A stretch of 64,000 bases of DNA. Source: an uncultured Nitrospiraceae bacterium (GTDB lineage: Bacteria; Nitrospirota; Nitrospiria; Nitrospirales; Nitrospiraceae). The notes beneath the pieces were generated by a model, which made no database searches, had not been told where the DNA came from, and saw nothing but the letters and a program-made list of their open reading frames with translations. Positions within the stretch are counted from its first letter, which is position 1. Each line of letters starts with the position of its first letter. Below are positions 47,552 through 56,733 of the stretch, piece by piece. The DNA is taken from assembly GCA_963839785.1 (NCBI GenBank), contig CAWIWD010000007.1, positions 1,643-65,642 on the forward strand, written 5' to 3'. The position numbers were made by a program, and so were the translations under genes.

Positions 47552-48029
47552 CGATCGCATGCGTCGCCTGCTGGCATGCCACTATGGAGAAAACAACGTC
47601 ATGCTGATACCGTCCCCGCGTTCATCCGGGTCGGCCTCAGCCATCGCCGCCTACTTCGATGGTAATCTCCGCGCGATCGATTCCCTTCAGACCGTGACGG
47701 AAGGCACCCCGTTCCAAAAGTGCGTCTGGCAGGCATTGCGCGAGGTTCCACCCGGACAGACCGTAAGTTATGGCGCATTGGCCAAGCACATCGGCAAACC
47801 GGCGGCTGTGCGCGCCGTCGGCCTAGCCAACGGCGCCAATCCCATCGGCATCGTGGTGCCCTGCCATCGCGTCATCGGAGCCGACGGGTCACTGACCGGT
47901 TACGGAGGAGGGTTGGAGCGCAAGCGCTGGCTGCTCGATCACGAGAAGCAGGCACTTACCGGCAGAACGACGGCTACCGTTTCACCCAAGACAGACCGGC
48001 AGGATGGTATGATGCGTCTCTTTTTTTGA
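47439..48029 (+). CDS. ogt: Methylated-DNA--protein-cysteine methyltransferase
   Basis: AAGGAGG RBS; GTPFQ..VW, RAVGLANGANP, active site PCHRV, GYGGGL. Confidence 0.93.
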   Translation: MARPVRFLTETLLTPIGKLVLISDENGLLRATDWMDYDDRMRRLLACHYGENNVMLIPSPRSSGSASAIAAYFDGNLRAIDSLQTVTEGTPFQKCVWQALREVPPGQTVSYGALAKHIGKPAAVRAVGLANGANPIGIVVPCHRVIGADGSLTGYGGGLERKRWLLDHEKQALTGRTTATVSPKTDRQDGMMRLFF

Positions 48030-48039
48030 CGAGGAGGTA

Positions 48040-48432
48040 ATGGTCATGAAGGTTCCGTTCACTCTCGGCGCCGTGTGGCATTTCGGTCTGGCTGTTCGCG
48101 ATCCGCGCGGAAGCGCCAAATGGTTCATGAAGATCCTTGGATTGGGCAAGCAATTCGAATATGAGGGTGGAGTTGGGATCGGCAACGACAATGTGTTGAT
48201 CGTCTTCTCGAAGGGCAAACCATCACCTAAAACCATCGGCCACATCTCATTTCATCTCCCGAACATGGCCGCGCTCAAGAAAGCCTTGGCCCATCTTCAA
48301 AAAAACAAAGTCGAGCTGGAAGATCCGGGGGACGAAATAGGACCCGTAGCCGAAGGCTCAAAAAGCATGGGGATCTGGTTTTCCGATCCCGACGGCTACC
48401 GCTGGGAACTGGCCGTTCAAAGCAAGAAGTAG
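48040..48432 (+). CDS. VOC (glyoxalase/bleomycin resistance) family protein
   Basis: HFGLAVRD, GHISF, FSDPDGYRWEL; GAGGAGG RBS. Confidence 0.88.
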   Translation: MVMKVPFTLGAVWHFGLAVRDPRGSAKWFMKILGLGKQFEYEGGVGIGNDNVLIVFSKGKPSPKTIGHISFHLPNMAALKKALAHLQKNKVELEDPGDEIGPVAEGSKSMGIWFSDPDGYRWELAVQSKK

Positions 48433-48522
48433 CAGGTGGTCATGGAGTCGTAGGGCGATGCGGCTTCCGCTTGTCCACGACCGAGAACATCCCACTAGCG
48501 AGGCTTATTCAATCGCTCGGCC

Positions 48523-49131
48523 TTATCGGGCGATGACACTCGAGCCCGCAGCGCGGACAAAACAGCTGAGCAGGTGGTCGTTCACCATTCCGACAGACTG
48601 CATATGGGCGTAGATGATCGTGCTCCCGACGAAACAGAAGCCGCGTTTTTTGAGGTCTTTTGAAAGTGCGTCGCTCTCCTGACTCATCGCCGGAACCTGA
48701 GAAATTGTCGTCCAGCGATTGACCTTCGGTTTTCCTCCGACGAACGACCAGACATACCGGTCGAAGGAGCCGAACTCCCGCTGCACGGTGAGGAACGCCT
48801 GGGCATTGGTCACGACGGAATCGATCTTCAATCGATTTCGAATAATGCCGCTGTCCTTGAGCAATGCCGCCGTCTTCTTCGAATTGAACCGCGCCACTTG
48901 AACGGGATCAAATCCCGCAAATGCCTGCCGATAGCCATCGCGGCGGCGCAGGATCGTATCCCACGACAGCCCGGCTTGCGCCCCTTCCAACACTAGCATC
49001 TCGAAATGACGCACGTCGTCATGCACGGGCCTTCCCCATTCTTCGTCATGGTAACGGATCATGTAGAGTTTGTCGCCGGCCCAGGCGCAACGCACCTTGC
49101 CATCCAATGGGGGAGTCTGTTGGTCAGTCAT
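48523..49131 (-). CDS. tag: DNA-3-methyladenine glycosylase I
   Basis: RCAW, YHDEEWG, LEGAQAGLSW, IIRNRLKI, FVGST, GMVNDH...C. Confidence 0.95.
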   Translation of the reverse strand: MTDQQTPPLDGKVRCAWAGDKLYMIRYHDEEWGRPVHDDVRHFEMLVLEGAQAGLSWDTILRRRDGYRQAFAGFDPVQVARFNSKKTAALLKDSGIIRNRLKIDSVVTNAQAFLTVQREFGSFDRYVWSFVGGKPKVNRWTTISQVPAMSQESDALSKDLKKRGFCFVGSTIIYAHMQSVGMVNDHLLSCFVRAAGSSVIAR

Positions 49132-49263
49132 GTGATCACCGCCAGGGCGGCACGCTATCGTGATCCGTGACGTCCGTCAAGCCCTCTCCCGACGGTGGTG
49201 CATCATGAATGAGGGGCGTGCATGGTTTTGCATCACCTCCCTCGACTGTGTATAACCTGGAAA

Positions 49264-50652
49264 ATGACACGACTGATTTGCCCCTATCGACATCGACCGC
49301 ACCAGTTGACACAGCCGCCTTCCAACATGCCTCCATGCATGATGTTCCTGTGCGTTCTTTTCGCTATCGTTGTGAACTTCACCTATTGCCTCGAGGACGC
49401 TGAAGCAGTCTCGTTACCGGATACCGGCCATGCTCCATCCTCCGTCACAATTCGCTTCGTCTCCTGGAAACCCGACCATCAACGCGTTTGGGACGACGCC
49501 ATCGCTCAATTCACGAAGGCTCATCCGCACATCACAGTCGTGCGCGAACTCGCGCCACATTCCTCGACGGCCTATCACGACCTGCTCACCCAGAAGTTGA
49601 AAAATCGAGATGCGACGGTCGACGTATTCTTCATGGATGTCATCTGGGTGCCGGAGTTTGCCGCCGCCGGATGGACTCGTTCACTCGACGACCGGTTTTC
49701 AACGGCCATGCGCGATCAGTTCCTTCCGGCCACCGTAGGAGTGGGTCGATATGGAGCACACCTCTATGGGGTCCCGAGCCGCATCGATGCGGGCCTGCTC
49801 TACTACCGCCAGGACCTTCTCAAAAAATATGGATTCGCTGCGCCGACGACGTGGGAAGAACTTGTCCGGCAGGCCGATCACATCGTCGCCGGCGAACAAC
49901 AGGCTACCCCCATCCTGCGCGGCTATTCGGCGGCGTTCAAACAGTATGAAGGCTTGGTCTGTCACATGCTGGAGTTCATCGAAGGAAATGGAAGCGCACT
50001 CCTGACCGCAGATGCCAGCACGTCAATGCTGGCTGCGCCACAGGCTGTCGCGGCCGTGCAGTTCGTCCGTGAGCGGATCATCGGCGGGCTCGCTTCACGC
50101 GCGGCCCTGACCTATCAAGAACCGGAATCCCTCTCCGTCTTTCTCCAAGGCCATGCTGTGTTTCACCGAAATTGGCCCTATGCCTGGGAACTCGTGAATA
50201 ATCCAACTCGTTCGACGATTGCCGGAAAAGTCGGAGTCGCGGCGCTGCCCGGATTTGCAGCCGGGCGCCATGCGGCGACGCTCGGCGGCTGGCTCTATGG
50301 CATCAGCGCCTATTCGCACCATCCGGACGAAGCCTGGGCGCTCATCGAGTTTCTCTCCAGCCACGCCATACAAAAGAAATTCGCGCTAGAGGCCGGCATT
50401 GCGCCGTCGCGTCAGGCATTGTTTGCCGATCCCGCAGTGCTGAGCAGGATGCCGCAGCTGGGCAACCATTTCGCCGTCCTGCAGTCGGCGATTGCGCGCC
50501 CGCGCTCACCGGTCTACCCCGCTCTCTCCCATTTGCTTCAGCGTTATTTCAGCCGCGCGCTGGCCATCGACGACATCGATCTCGCGCAAGAAGCGGCCAT
50601 GACCGACGCCCGCATCGATGCCCTTCTCGCGCTGACGAGGACAGCGCCATGA
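49264..50652 (+). CDS. Carbohydrate ABC transporter substrate-binding protein (trehalose/maltose-like); start uncertain
   Basis: DVFFMDVIWVPEFA, LLYYRQDLL, QYEGLVC, FHRNWPYA, TLGGW, ARPRSPVY. Confidence 0.88.
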   Translation: MTRLICPYRHRPHQLTQPPSNMPPCMMFLCVLFAIVVNFTYCLEDAEAVSLPDTGHAPSSVTIRFVSWKPDHQRVWDDAIAQFTKAHPHITVVRELAPHSSTAYHDLLTQKLKNRDATVDVFFMDVIWVPEFAAAGWTRSLDDRFSTAMRDQFLPATVGVGRYGAHLYGVPSRIDAGLLYYRQDLLKKYGFAAPTTWEELVRQADHIVAGEQQATPILRGYSAAFKQYEGLVCHMLEFIEGNGSALLTADASTSMLAAPQAVAAVQFVRERIIGGLASRAALTYQEPESLSVFLQGHAVFHRNWPYAWELVNNPTRSTIAGKVGVAALPGFAAGRHAATLGGWLYGISAYSHHPDEAWALIEFLSSHAIQKKFALEAGIAPSRQALFADPAVLSRMPQLGNHFAVLQSAIARPRSPVYPALSHLLQRYFSRALAIDDIDLAQEAAMTDARIDALLALTRTAP

Positions 50653-51560
50653 GTCTTCCCGAAGCGATCGCTCGCCATCGCGAAAGCCTGGCGGCCTGGA
50701 CGATGGTGACGCCGGCGCTGCTCGTCACGCTTGTCTTTGCGCTCTATCCCGTGCTGGATTCGTTCTGGCTGAGTCTGCACCACATCTTCGTGGGCATTCC
50801 GTCGCTCGGCCGATCGTTTATCGCTTTCGAAAACTATCTCAACCTTCTACGCGATCCGATCGCCCACCAAGCGTTGTTCGTCACGCTTGCGTTCGTGGTG
50901 CTCTCAACCGTGCTGGAATTGGCCTGCGGGCTGGTGATTGCGTTGGTGATACATGAGCGCTTTCGCGGTCGAGGTCTCGTGCGCGCCGCCATTCTGATCC
51001 CCTGGGCGATTCCCACGGTGGTGGCCTCGCAGTTGTGGCGGTACATTTTCAACGACCAATATGGTGTCGCGAATCTCCTCCTGTTCGGCGACCGCGTGAC
51101 TGGGTACATCCCGTGGCTGGCCTATCCGAGCGTCGCGTTCGGCATCATCGTCCTTGCCGATGTCTGGAAGACGTCGTGTTTTGCCGCTCTGCTCATTTTG
51201 GCCGGCCTGCAAGTCATTTCGGACGACCTCTATGACGCGGCCAAGGTAGATGGCGCCGCAGCCTGGCAGCGTTTTTGGCATATTACCCTGCCGCTGTTGA
51301 AACCGGCCCTACTGCTGGCGCTGCTGTTTCGCACCATGGACGCCTTTCGTGTGTTCGATCTCGTCTTCGTCATGACACAGGGCGGTCCTGGCGACGCAAC
51401 CCAGGTGCTGCAGTTCTATGGCTACCAAACCCTCTTTACCGAGGGCCGGATCGGATATGGCTCAGCCATTTCTGTTGCCGTGTTTCTCGTGATCCTAGCG
51501 CTCGCCCTCATCTACTTACGCGCAATCGGGTCAAATCTTCTAGAGCGCAGACGGACATGA
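50649..51560 (+). CDS. Carbohydrate ABC transporter permease
   Basis: ENYL, PWAIPTVV, DVWKT, LYDAAKVDGA (EAA loop), MTQGGPG. Confidence 0.92.
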   Translation: MSLPEAIARHRESLAAWTMVTPALLVTLVFALYPVLDSFWLSLHHIFVGIPSLGRSFIAFENYLNLLRDPIAHQALFVTLAFVVLSTVLELACGLVIALVIHERFRGRGLVRAAILIPWAIPTVVASQLWRYIFNDQYGVANLLLFGDRVTGYIPWLAYPSVAFGIIVLADVWKTSCFAALLILAGLQVISDDLYDAAKVDGAAAWQRFWHITLPLLKPALLLALLFRTMDAFRVFDLVFVMTQGGPGDATQVLQFYGYQTLFTEGRIGYGSAISVAVFLVILALALIYLRAIGSNLLERRRT

Positions 51561-52372
51561 ACCGACGCCTCCTCCTCGCCCTTGGCATTGTCGGCGCGGT
51601 GGGCGTGAGTCTCTCGCCCTTCCTGTGGTTTCTGCTCACCTCGTTCAAGTCACCGGCCGATATCGAGGCCGTGCCGCCCACCTGGTGGCCGTCGGGCAGC
51701 CTGAGCTTTTATCGCTCGGTGCTCTTCGATCATCATCTGTTCGACTATGTGGCCAACAGCGTCGTGGTGGCCGGCTCGACGACGCTGTTGGCCTTGCTGA
51801 TTGCGATTCCGGCCGCCTACGCGCTGGCGCGGCTCGCCATTCCCGGCAAGCAAGGCATTCTGGCGGTCCTGCTCTGCGTCTCGATGTTTCCCCAAATGGC
51901 TATCGCCGGACCCGTATGGCGTCTGCTCGATGTCCTCGGTGGGCTCAACCATCGATGGGGCGTCGTCCTTCCCTATGTGGCCCTGACCCTGCCGCTCGCC
52001 ATTTGGATTCTGGCGAGCTTCTTCAAAGAGCTGCCGCCGGAGTTGGAAGATGCCGCACGCGTGGACGGCTGCGGTCCCTGGGGCACACTGCTTCGGATTA
52101 CGCTCCCGCTGGCCGCGCCCGGGATTTTTACCGCTGCGATTTTGATTTTGATCTATGCCTGGAATGAGTTTTTCTTCGCGCTGCTGATCCTGACACAACC
52201 GGAACAGCAAACACTTCCGGTCGGCATCGCGCTCTTCCAGGGAGAGTTCACCATGCCCTGGGGCGAATTGGCTGCCGCCTCGGTCGTGGCAACGCTCCCG
52301 CTGATTGTGGTCGTGTTACTCTGCCAACGCTGGATTGTGAGCGGGCTGTCAGCCGGGGCCGTGAAAGGGTAG
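51557..52372 (+). CDS. Carbohydrate ABC transporter permease
   Basis: TSFKS, NSVVVA, ELEDAARVDG, AWNEF, GLSAGAVKG; ATGA overlap with the upstream permease. Confidence 0.92.
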   Translation: MNRRLLLALGIVGAVGVSLSPFLWFLLTSFKSPADIEAVPPTWWPSGSLSFYRSVLFDHHLFDYVANSVVVAGSTTLLALLIAIPAAYALARLAIPGKQGILAVLLCVSMFPQMAIAGPVWRLLDVLGGLNHRWGVVLPYVALTLPLAIWILASFFKELPPELEDAARVDGCGPWGTLLRITLPLAAPGIFTAAILILIYAWNEFFFALLILTQPEQQTLPVGIALFQGEFTMPWGELAAASVVATLPLIVVVLLCQRWIVSGLSAGAVKG

Positions 52373-52497
52373 CAGAATGTTGAATAACTCCGTCGGCCGC
52401 GTTCTCGGTCGCACATCTCCCTGCGACGTACCGCAAGGGTACGACTCAGTCGCCGTGGTTCCTGCGGCCTTGCCGGACAGCCTCTTTGAACATCCGG
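52373..52497. repeat. Short TIR-bounded intergenic repeat, copy 3 (GTAC-hairpin family)
   Basis: Starts right after TAG: CAGAATGTTGAA...CGTACC-GCAAG-GGTACG...CTGCGGCCTTGCCGGAC...TTTGAACATCCGG. Confidence 0.75.
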
Positions 52498-52527
52498 TGG
52501 GCACCGCTCTCCGCAAGGGACATCACT

Positions 52528-53628
52528 GTGGCTGAATTGGAACTGCGGGCGATTTCGAAATCTTTTCGTCACCATACGGTGTTGCAGGACATTTCCTTGC
52601 AGATTCCGGATGGCAGCTTCACGATTTTGCTCGGACCCTCCGGATGTGGCAAATCGACGTTGCTGCGCATTATTGCCGGGCTCGAGGCACAAACCTCCGG
52701 CCACGTGCTGATTGATAGCGTCGTGGTCGATCACCTGCCCCCGGCCGAACGGGACATCGCGATGGTCTTTCAGCAATACGCCCTCTACCCCCACCTATCG
52801 GTCCGGGATAACTTGGCATTCGCCTTAAAGATGCGAGGAACGCCGCAGAAGTTGATCGAGGAGCGGATCGCCGAGGCGGCTCAATTATTGGAGATCAATC
52901 CTCTGCTCGACCGCAAACCCAAAGACTTGTCCGGCGGTCAACGACAGCGGGTCGCGATGGGGCGTGCGATCGTGCGCAAGCCCAAACTGTTTCTGTTCGA
53001 TGAGCCGCTCTCCAACCTGGATGCCCAACTTCGCACCTCGATGCGCATCGAGTTGAAGAAATTACAGGCGCGGCTGCAAGCCACCATCATCTATGTCACC
53101 CACGATCAGGTCGAAGCGATGACGTTGGGCGATCGCATCGTCGTACTGGAGAGCGGCCACGTCAGACAGGTTGATCCTCCGCAACGACTCTATGCGGCTC
53201 CCGCCGACCCATTCGTCGCCTCCTTCATCGGAACGCCGCCCATGAACCTTTGGCCGGGAACTGTGACACGACAGAAAGACCAGCTGTTGTTTCGCAATGA
53301 TGCCCTCCAATTCCCGCTGCCGGCGGTGGTGCCGGCGCACCCGCCGACCGAGGAATCAGTTGTCACCCTCGGCATCCGCCCAGAAGATATCCGACTGCAA
53401 GAAGAAGCCGGAACGATTCGAGTGCAGGTGATGATTGAACTCATTGAAGACCTCGGCGCTGACCTCCTCTTCCATTGTCGAATCGGCCACCTTCCCCTCG
53501 TCGTGCGTGCGGGTCGAGGAACTCTAGGACAGCCGGGGTCTGCACTGTGGATGTATCTCCCCATAGACAAGCTGCACTTGTTCATCAACAACCACCGGTT
53601 TGACATGGGGTCACACCCAGGCTCTTGA
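52528..53628 (+). CDS. Carbohydrate ABC transporter ATP-binding protein (MalK/UgpC-like)
   Basis: GPSGCGKST, FQQYALYPH, LSGGQRQR, FDEPLSNLD, YVTHDQ. Confidence 0.95.
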   Translation: MAELELRAISKSFRHHTVLQDISLQIPDGSFTILLGPSGCGKSTLLRIIAGLEAQTSGHVLIDSVVVDHLPPAERDIAMVFQQYALYPHLSVRDNLAFALKMRGTPQKLIEERIAEAAQLLEINPLLDRKPKDLSGGQRQRVAMGRAIVRKPKLFLFDEPLSNLDAQLRTSMRIELKKLQARLQATIIYVTHDQVEAMTLGDRIVVLESGHVRQVDPPQRLYAAPADPFVASFIGTPPMNLWPGTVTRQKDQLLFRNDALQFPLPAVVPAHPPTEESVVTLGIRPEDIRLQEEAGTIRVQVMIELIEDLGADLLFHCRIGHLPLVVRAGRGTLGQPGSALWMYLPIDKLHLFINNHRFDMGSHPGS

Positions 53629-53771
53629 CTGCCACGGACTGTTCCTTATCTCTTTATTAGATCCGTGGCAGACAAGGAGAAAAACCACGAGTCGCTTGCA
53701 ATGCATCGGGAGACCTCGTAAGCTCCTGAAACGATTGCACTTTGCACATAATTTTTTGACGGACCCCACTG

Positions 53772-54800
53772 ATGGCTACGGCGCAACGCGGCTACTACGA
53801 CATTCTCGGCATCCCCCGCAGTTCGTCTGCCGACGACATTAAGAAGGCGTATCGTCGTCGGGCGCGGGAATTTCATCCGGATCTCCATACCGGGTCTAAA
53901 AAAACGGAGATGGAGAAAAAATTCAAGGAATTGAATGAAGCGCACGAGGTGCTATCGGATCCCGACAAGCGCAAAAAGTACGATCAGTACGGCCAAAACT
54001 GGGAGCAGGCCGAAGCCTATGAGAAGGCTCGCCAGCAGGCTGGTACTCAAGGCGGGCAGGGTGGCGCGGGCGGAGGATATAGCGGTGATTTCGGGGATAT
54101 CTTTGACACCTTCTTTGGCGGTCGAGGCCGTGGCGGTGGCGCTCCAGGTTTTGCGGCCGATGGCGAAGACCTGGAAACGGATGTCGACCTCACCATCAAA
54201 GATGTGCTCAGCGGCGTTTCGCGACGTATCGATCTGACCCAACGCATCCCCTGCAAAGCCTGCGGCGGCAGTGCCATTGTTCGCGGCCGGCCTTGCGTAG
54301 TCTGTGGCGGCACCGGCACGCAAACAGAGAAACGCACGATTGAAGTGCGCATTCCCGCCGGAGTGCAACATGACACCCGAATGCGCATCGCAGGCAAGGG
54401 ACAACCCGGTGTCAATGGGGGCAAACCCGGCGATCTCTACCTCCGTGTGCACATTCGACCGAACGGCATTTTCCGTCAAAAAGGGGTTGACGTGCAGGTC
54501 ACGCTGCCGGTCTGGCCATGGGAAGCCGCACTTGGCGCAGAAGTGATGGCCCCGACTTTGACGGAACCGGTCAAGGTGAAGATTCCACCCGGCAGCAAGG
54601 CCGACGGCAAACTTCGCCTGAAGGGCAAGGGATTGCCGACCGGCACCGGTGATCATGGGGATTTATTTCTCAAATTGAAGATCGTCATGCCCACCGCGCT
54701 TTCCGATGAGGAACGAGCCCTGTATGAGCAACTGGGCCGGGCTCGCCACAGCGATCCGCGCGCGGAGATTCTCGCCGCCTCGCGACGCAGTTCATCCTGA
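53772..54800 (+). CDS. DnaJ-class J-domain chaperone (CbpA-like) with a partial zinc finger
   Basis: HPD motif, G/F-rich region, two CxxCxG repeats, GDLYL, PWEAALG. Confidence 0.9.
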   Translation: MATAQRGYYDILGIPRSSSADDIKKAYRRRAREFHPDLHTGSKKTEMEKKFKELNEAHEVLSDPDKRKKYDQYGQNWEQAEAYEKARQQAGTQGGQGGAGGGYSGDFGDIFDTFFGGRGRGGGAPGFAADGEDLETDVDLTIKDVLSGVSRRIDLTQRIPCKACGGSAIVRGRPCVVCGGTGTQTEKRTIEVRIPAGVQHDTRMRIAGKGQPGVNGGKPGDLYLRVHIRPNGIFRQKGVDVQVTLPVWPWEAALGAEVMAPTLTEPVKVKIPPGSKADGKLRLKGKGLPTGTGDHGDLFLKLKIVMPTALSDEERALYEQLGRARHSDPRAEILAASRRSSS

Positions 54801-54829
54801 TCAGCATTGCACCGAGGTCTACCTCCCCC

Positions 54830-55477
54830 ATGACCGTCATCGAATACGCGCTGTTCGCGTTCAGCTCCCTCTTCGTGATCGTGGACCCCATTGCCGTCGT
54901 GCCGGCGTTTCTTGCCATGACCCCACGAGATTCGGTGGGACAACGATTGCGAACGGCTCGCATGGCTTGTGTGGTCGCCATTGGAATTTTGACGGGGTTC
55001 GCCTTATTCGGACAGACGATCTTTAAACTTCTCGGCATCACGCTGCCGGCGGTTCAGATTGCGGGCGGATTGATCTTACTGTTGGTCGCCCTTGATATGC
55101 TTCGCGCCCAACGGTCTACGGTACAGGAAACCGCGGCGGAAACGGCCGCGGGAACCAGCAAAGACGATGTCGCCATTACTCCACTCGCCATCCCTATGCT
55201 GGCGGGGCCTGCCGCGATCTCCACCGTGATTCTGCTGGAAACGCATGCAACAACATTCATACTCCGCGTCGTCTTATTGGGATGCCTTGTACTCGTCGGG
55301 TTGGCGAGTTACAGTATATTAGCGATCGGTGCACGCGGCGCGAAGTGGCTGAATCCCATTGCGGAGAAAATTATCTCCCGTCTGATGGGCCTGTTGCTCG
55401 CCGCGCTGGCCGTTCAATTTATGGTGAATGCCTTCACCGGTGACCATGGGCTCTTACACGGGCTGACCGGACATTAA
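54830..55477 (+). CDS. MarC family membrane protein
   Basis: LFVIVDP, PLAIPMLAGPAAI, SRLMGLLLAALAVQF. Confidence 0.93.
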   Translation: MTVIEYALFAFSSLFVIVDPIAVVPAFLAMTPRDSVGQRLRTARMACVVAIGILTGFALFGQTIFKLLGITLPAVQIAGGLILLLVALDMLRAQRSTVQETAAETAAGTSKDDVAITPLAIPMLAGPAAISTVILLETHATTFILRVVLLGCLVLVGLASYSILAIGARGAKWLNPIAEKIISRLMGLLLAALAVQFMVNAFTGDHGLLHGLTGH

Positions 55478-55501
55478 TCGACTCAACTAAAGGAGGAATG
55501 A

Positions 55502-56098
55502 ATGACGACGAAATTGTTCACATTTGCCACCACATCGGCCCTTGCCTGCGTCCTGACAGTGGCTCCCACGTGGGCGAATCCCGACGGTGGATATGGCGGC
55601 CACGGCGAGAAATATGAAAAGGGAAGCCGGCACGGGTCGGGCGCGGGCATGATGGAAATGATGATGCATGGCGGGGCAGGCCATCTCATCCGGCATCTTC
55701 TGAAACATGAAAAAGACATCGGCTTGAGCGCTGAACAAGTCACCAAACTCAAGGAGATGCAGCTGAATCTCGACAAGAATCGTATCAAGATGGAGGCCGA
55801 TATTCAGGTAGCTGAACGCGAGTTGAGGGCATTGATGGAAGAAGACAAGACCGAGATGTCCGCCATCGAAAGCAAGCTCAAGCAAAGCGAGGATGTTCAA
55901 ATCGGGCTGCGGCTGTTGTCGATCAAGACCCGACGGGAAGCCACGGCGCTCTTGACGCCCGAGCAGCGCACCAAGCAACAGGCCGAGCATGACAAAGCGA
56001 TGCAACAGCATAAGGGCGGCTATGATGCTCCTCACGGAAAGAACCCCCATGGCGGCAAGGCTCCAGGCGCAAACCCCCATGGGCAAGCCAAACCCTAG
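55502..56098 (+). CDS. Spy/CpxP/ZraP-like periplasmic protein, His/Met-rich
   Basis: Signal peptide; LSAEQ and LTPEQ (LTxxQ) motifs; helical core. Confidence 0.82.
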   Translation: MTTKLFTFATTSALACVLTVAPTWANPDGGYGGHGEKYEKGSRHGSGAGMMEMMMHGGAGHLIRHLLKHEKDIGLSAEQVTKLKEMQLNLDKNRIKMEADIQVAERELRALMEEDKTEMSAIESKLKQSEDVQIGLRLLSIKTRREATALLTPEQRTKQQAEHDKAMQQHKGGYDAPHGKNPHGGKAPGANPHGQAKP

Positions 56099-56125
56099 GA
56101 GCCGCTTACTACAAGATCGGAGGTC

Positions 56126-56488
56126 ATGATGATCAAGCATATCGCCATACCAGCGTTGATTGTCGCTGCGCTCTGTTTCACGGGCACCCCGGCCTGGAGC
56201 GACAAGGGACATAAAGGCAAGCATGACGAGGGTCACGTCGCTGACCTCGTGAAGGACGCCAAGGTGACCATCGACCAAGCGATCAAAACGGCCTCGGAGA
56301 AGGTGCCTGGCACCGTGGTCGAAGCTGAGCTGGAAAAGAAGCACGACAAGACGGTCTGGGAAGTTGAGGTGCTGGGAGCCGATGGCAAGGTGACGGAAGT
56401 CCATATCGATGCCGGCACGGGCACGATCATCGATACCGAAGCCAAGCACGAGAAACACGAGAAGAAGGACAAGAAAGAGACGCACTAA
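56126..56488 (+). CDS. PepSY domain protein, His-rich
   Basis: Signal peptide; VTIDQAIKTA...PGTVVEAELE...WEVEV...IDAGTG. Confidence 0.88.
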   Translation: MMIKHIAIPALIVAALCFTGTPAWSDKGHKGKHDEGHVADLVKDAKVTIDQAIKTASEKVPGTVVEAELEKKHDKTVWEVEVLGADGKVTEVHIDAGTGTIIDTEAKHEKHEKKDKKETH

Positions 56489-56733
56489 GCTTGCTCGGCG
56501 GGGCAACATCTTCGAGTGCTGCCCTGCCTCGTGCTTGCATCGTTCACGTCGCCCTACTACCCATAACCCATACCATCTCGCAACCCAACCATCACCGCTC
56601 GCGTGGCTTCGAATCCGCCAGGTTCCTAGCTGCGGCAGATTGACCCTCCGCGCCTATCTGTGCGACAGTTTGCGACCCACCTGAAGTGGCGCGCTAAACC
56701 GTACATTGCAGTCCCACAGATCAAGGAGCTTTC

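Noticed and set aside
56497-56528. GC-rich hairpin after the PepSY gene as an intrinsic terminator
   Set aside because: A stem is present but there is no U-tract, so support is too weak to list.
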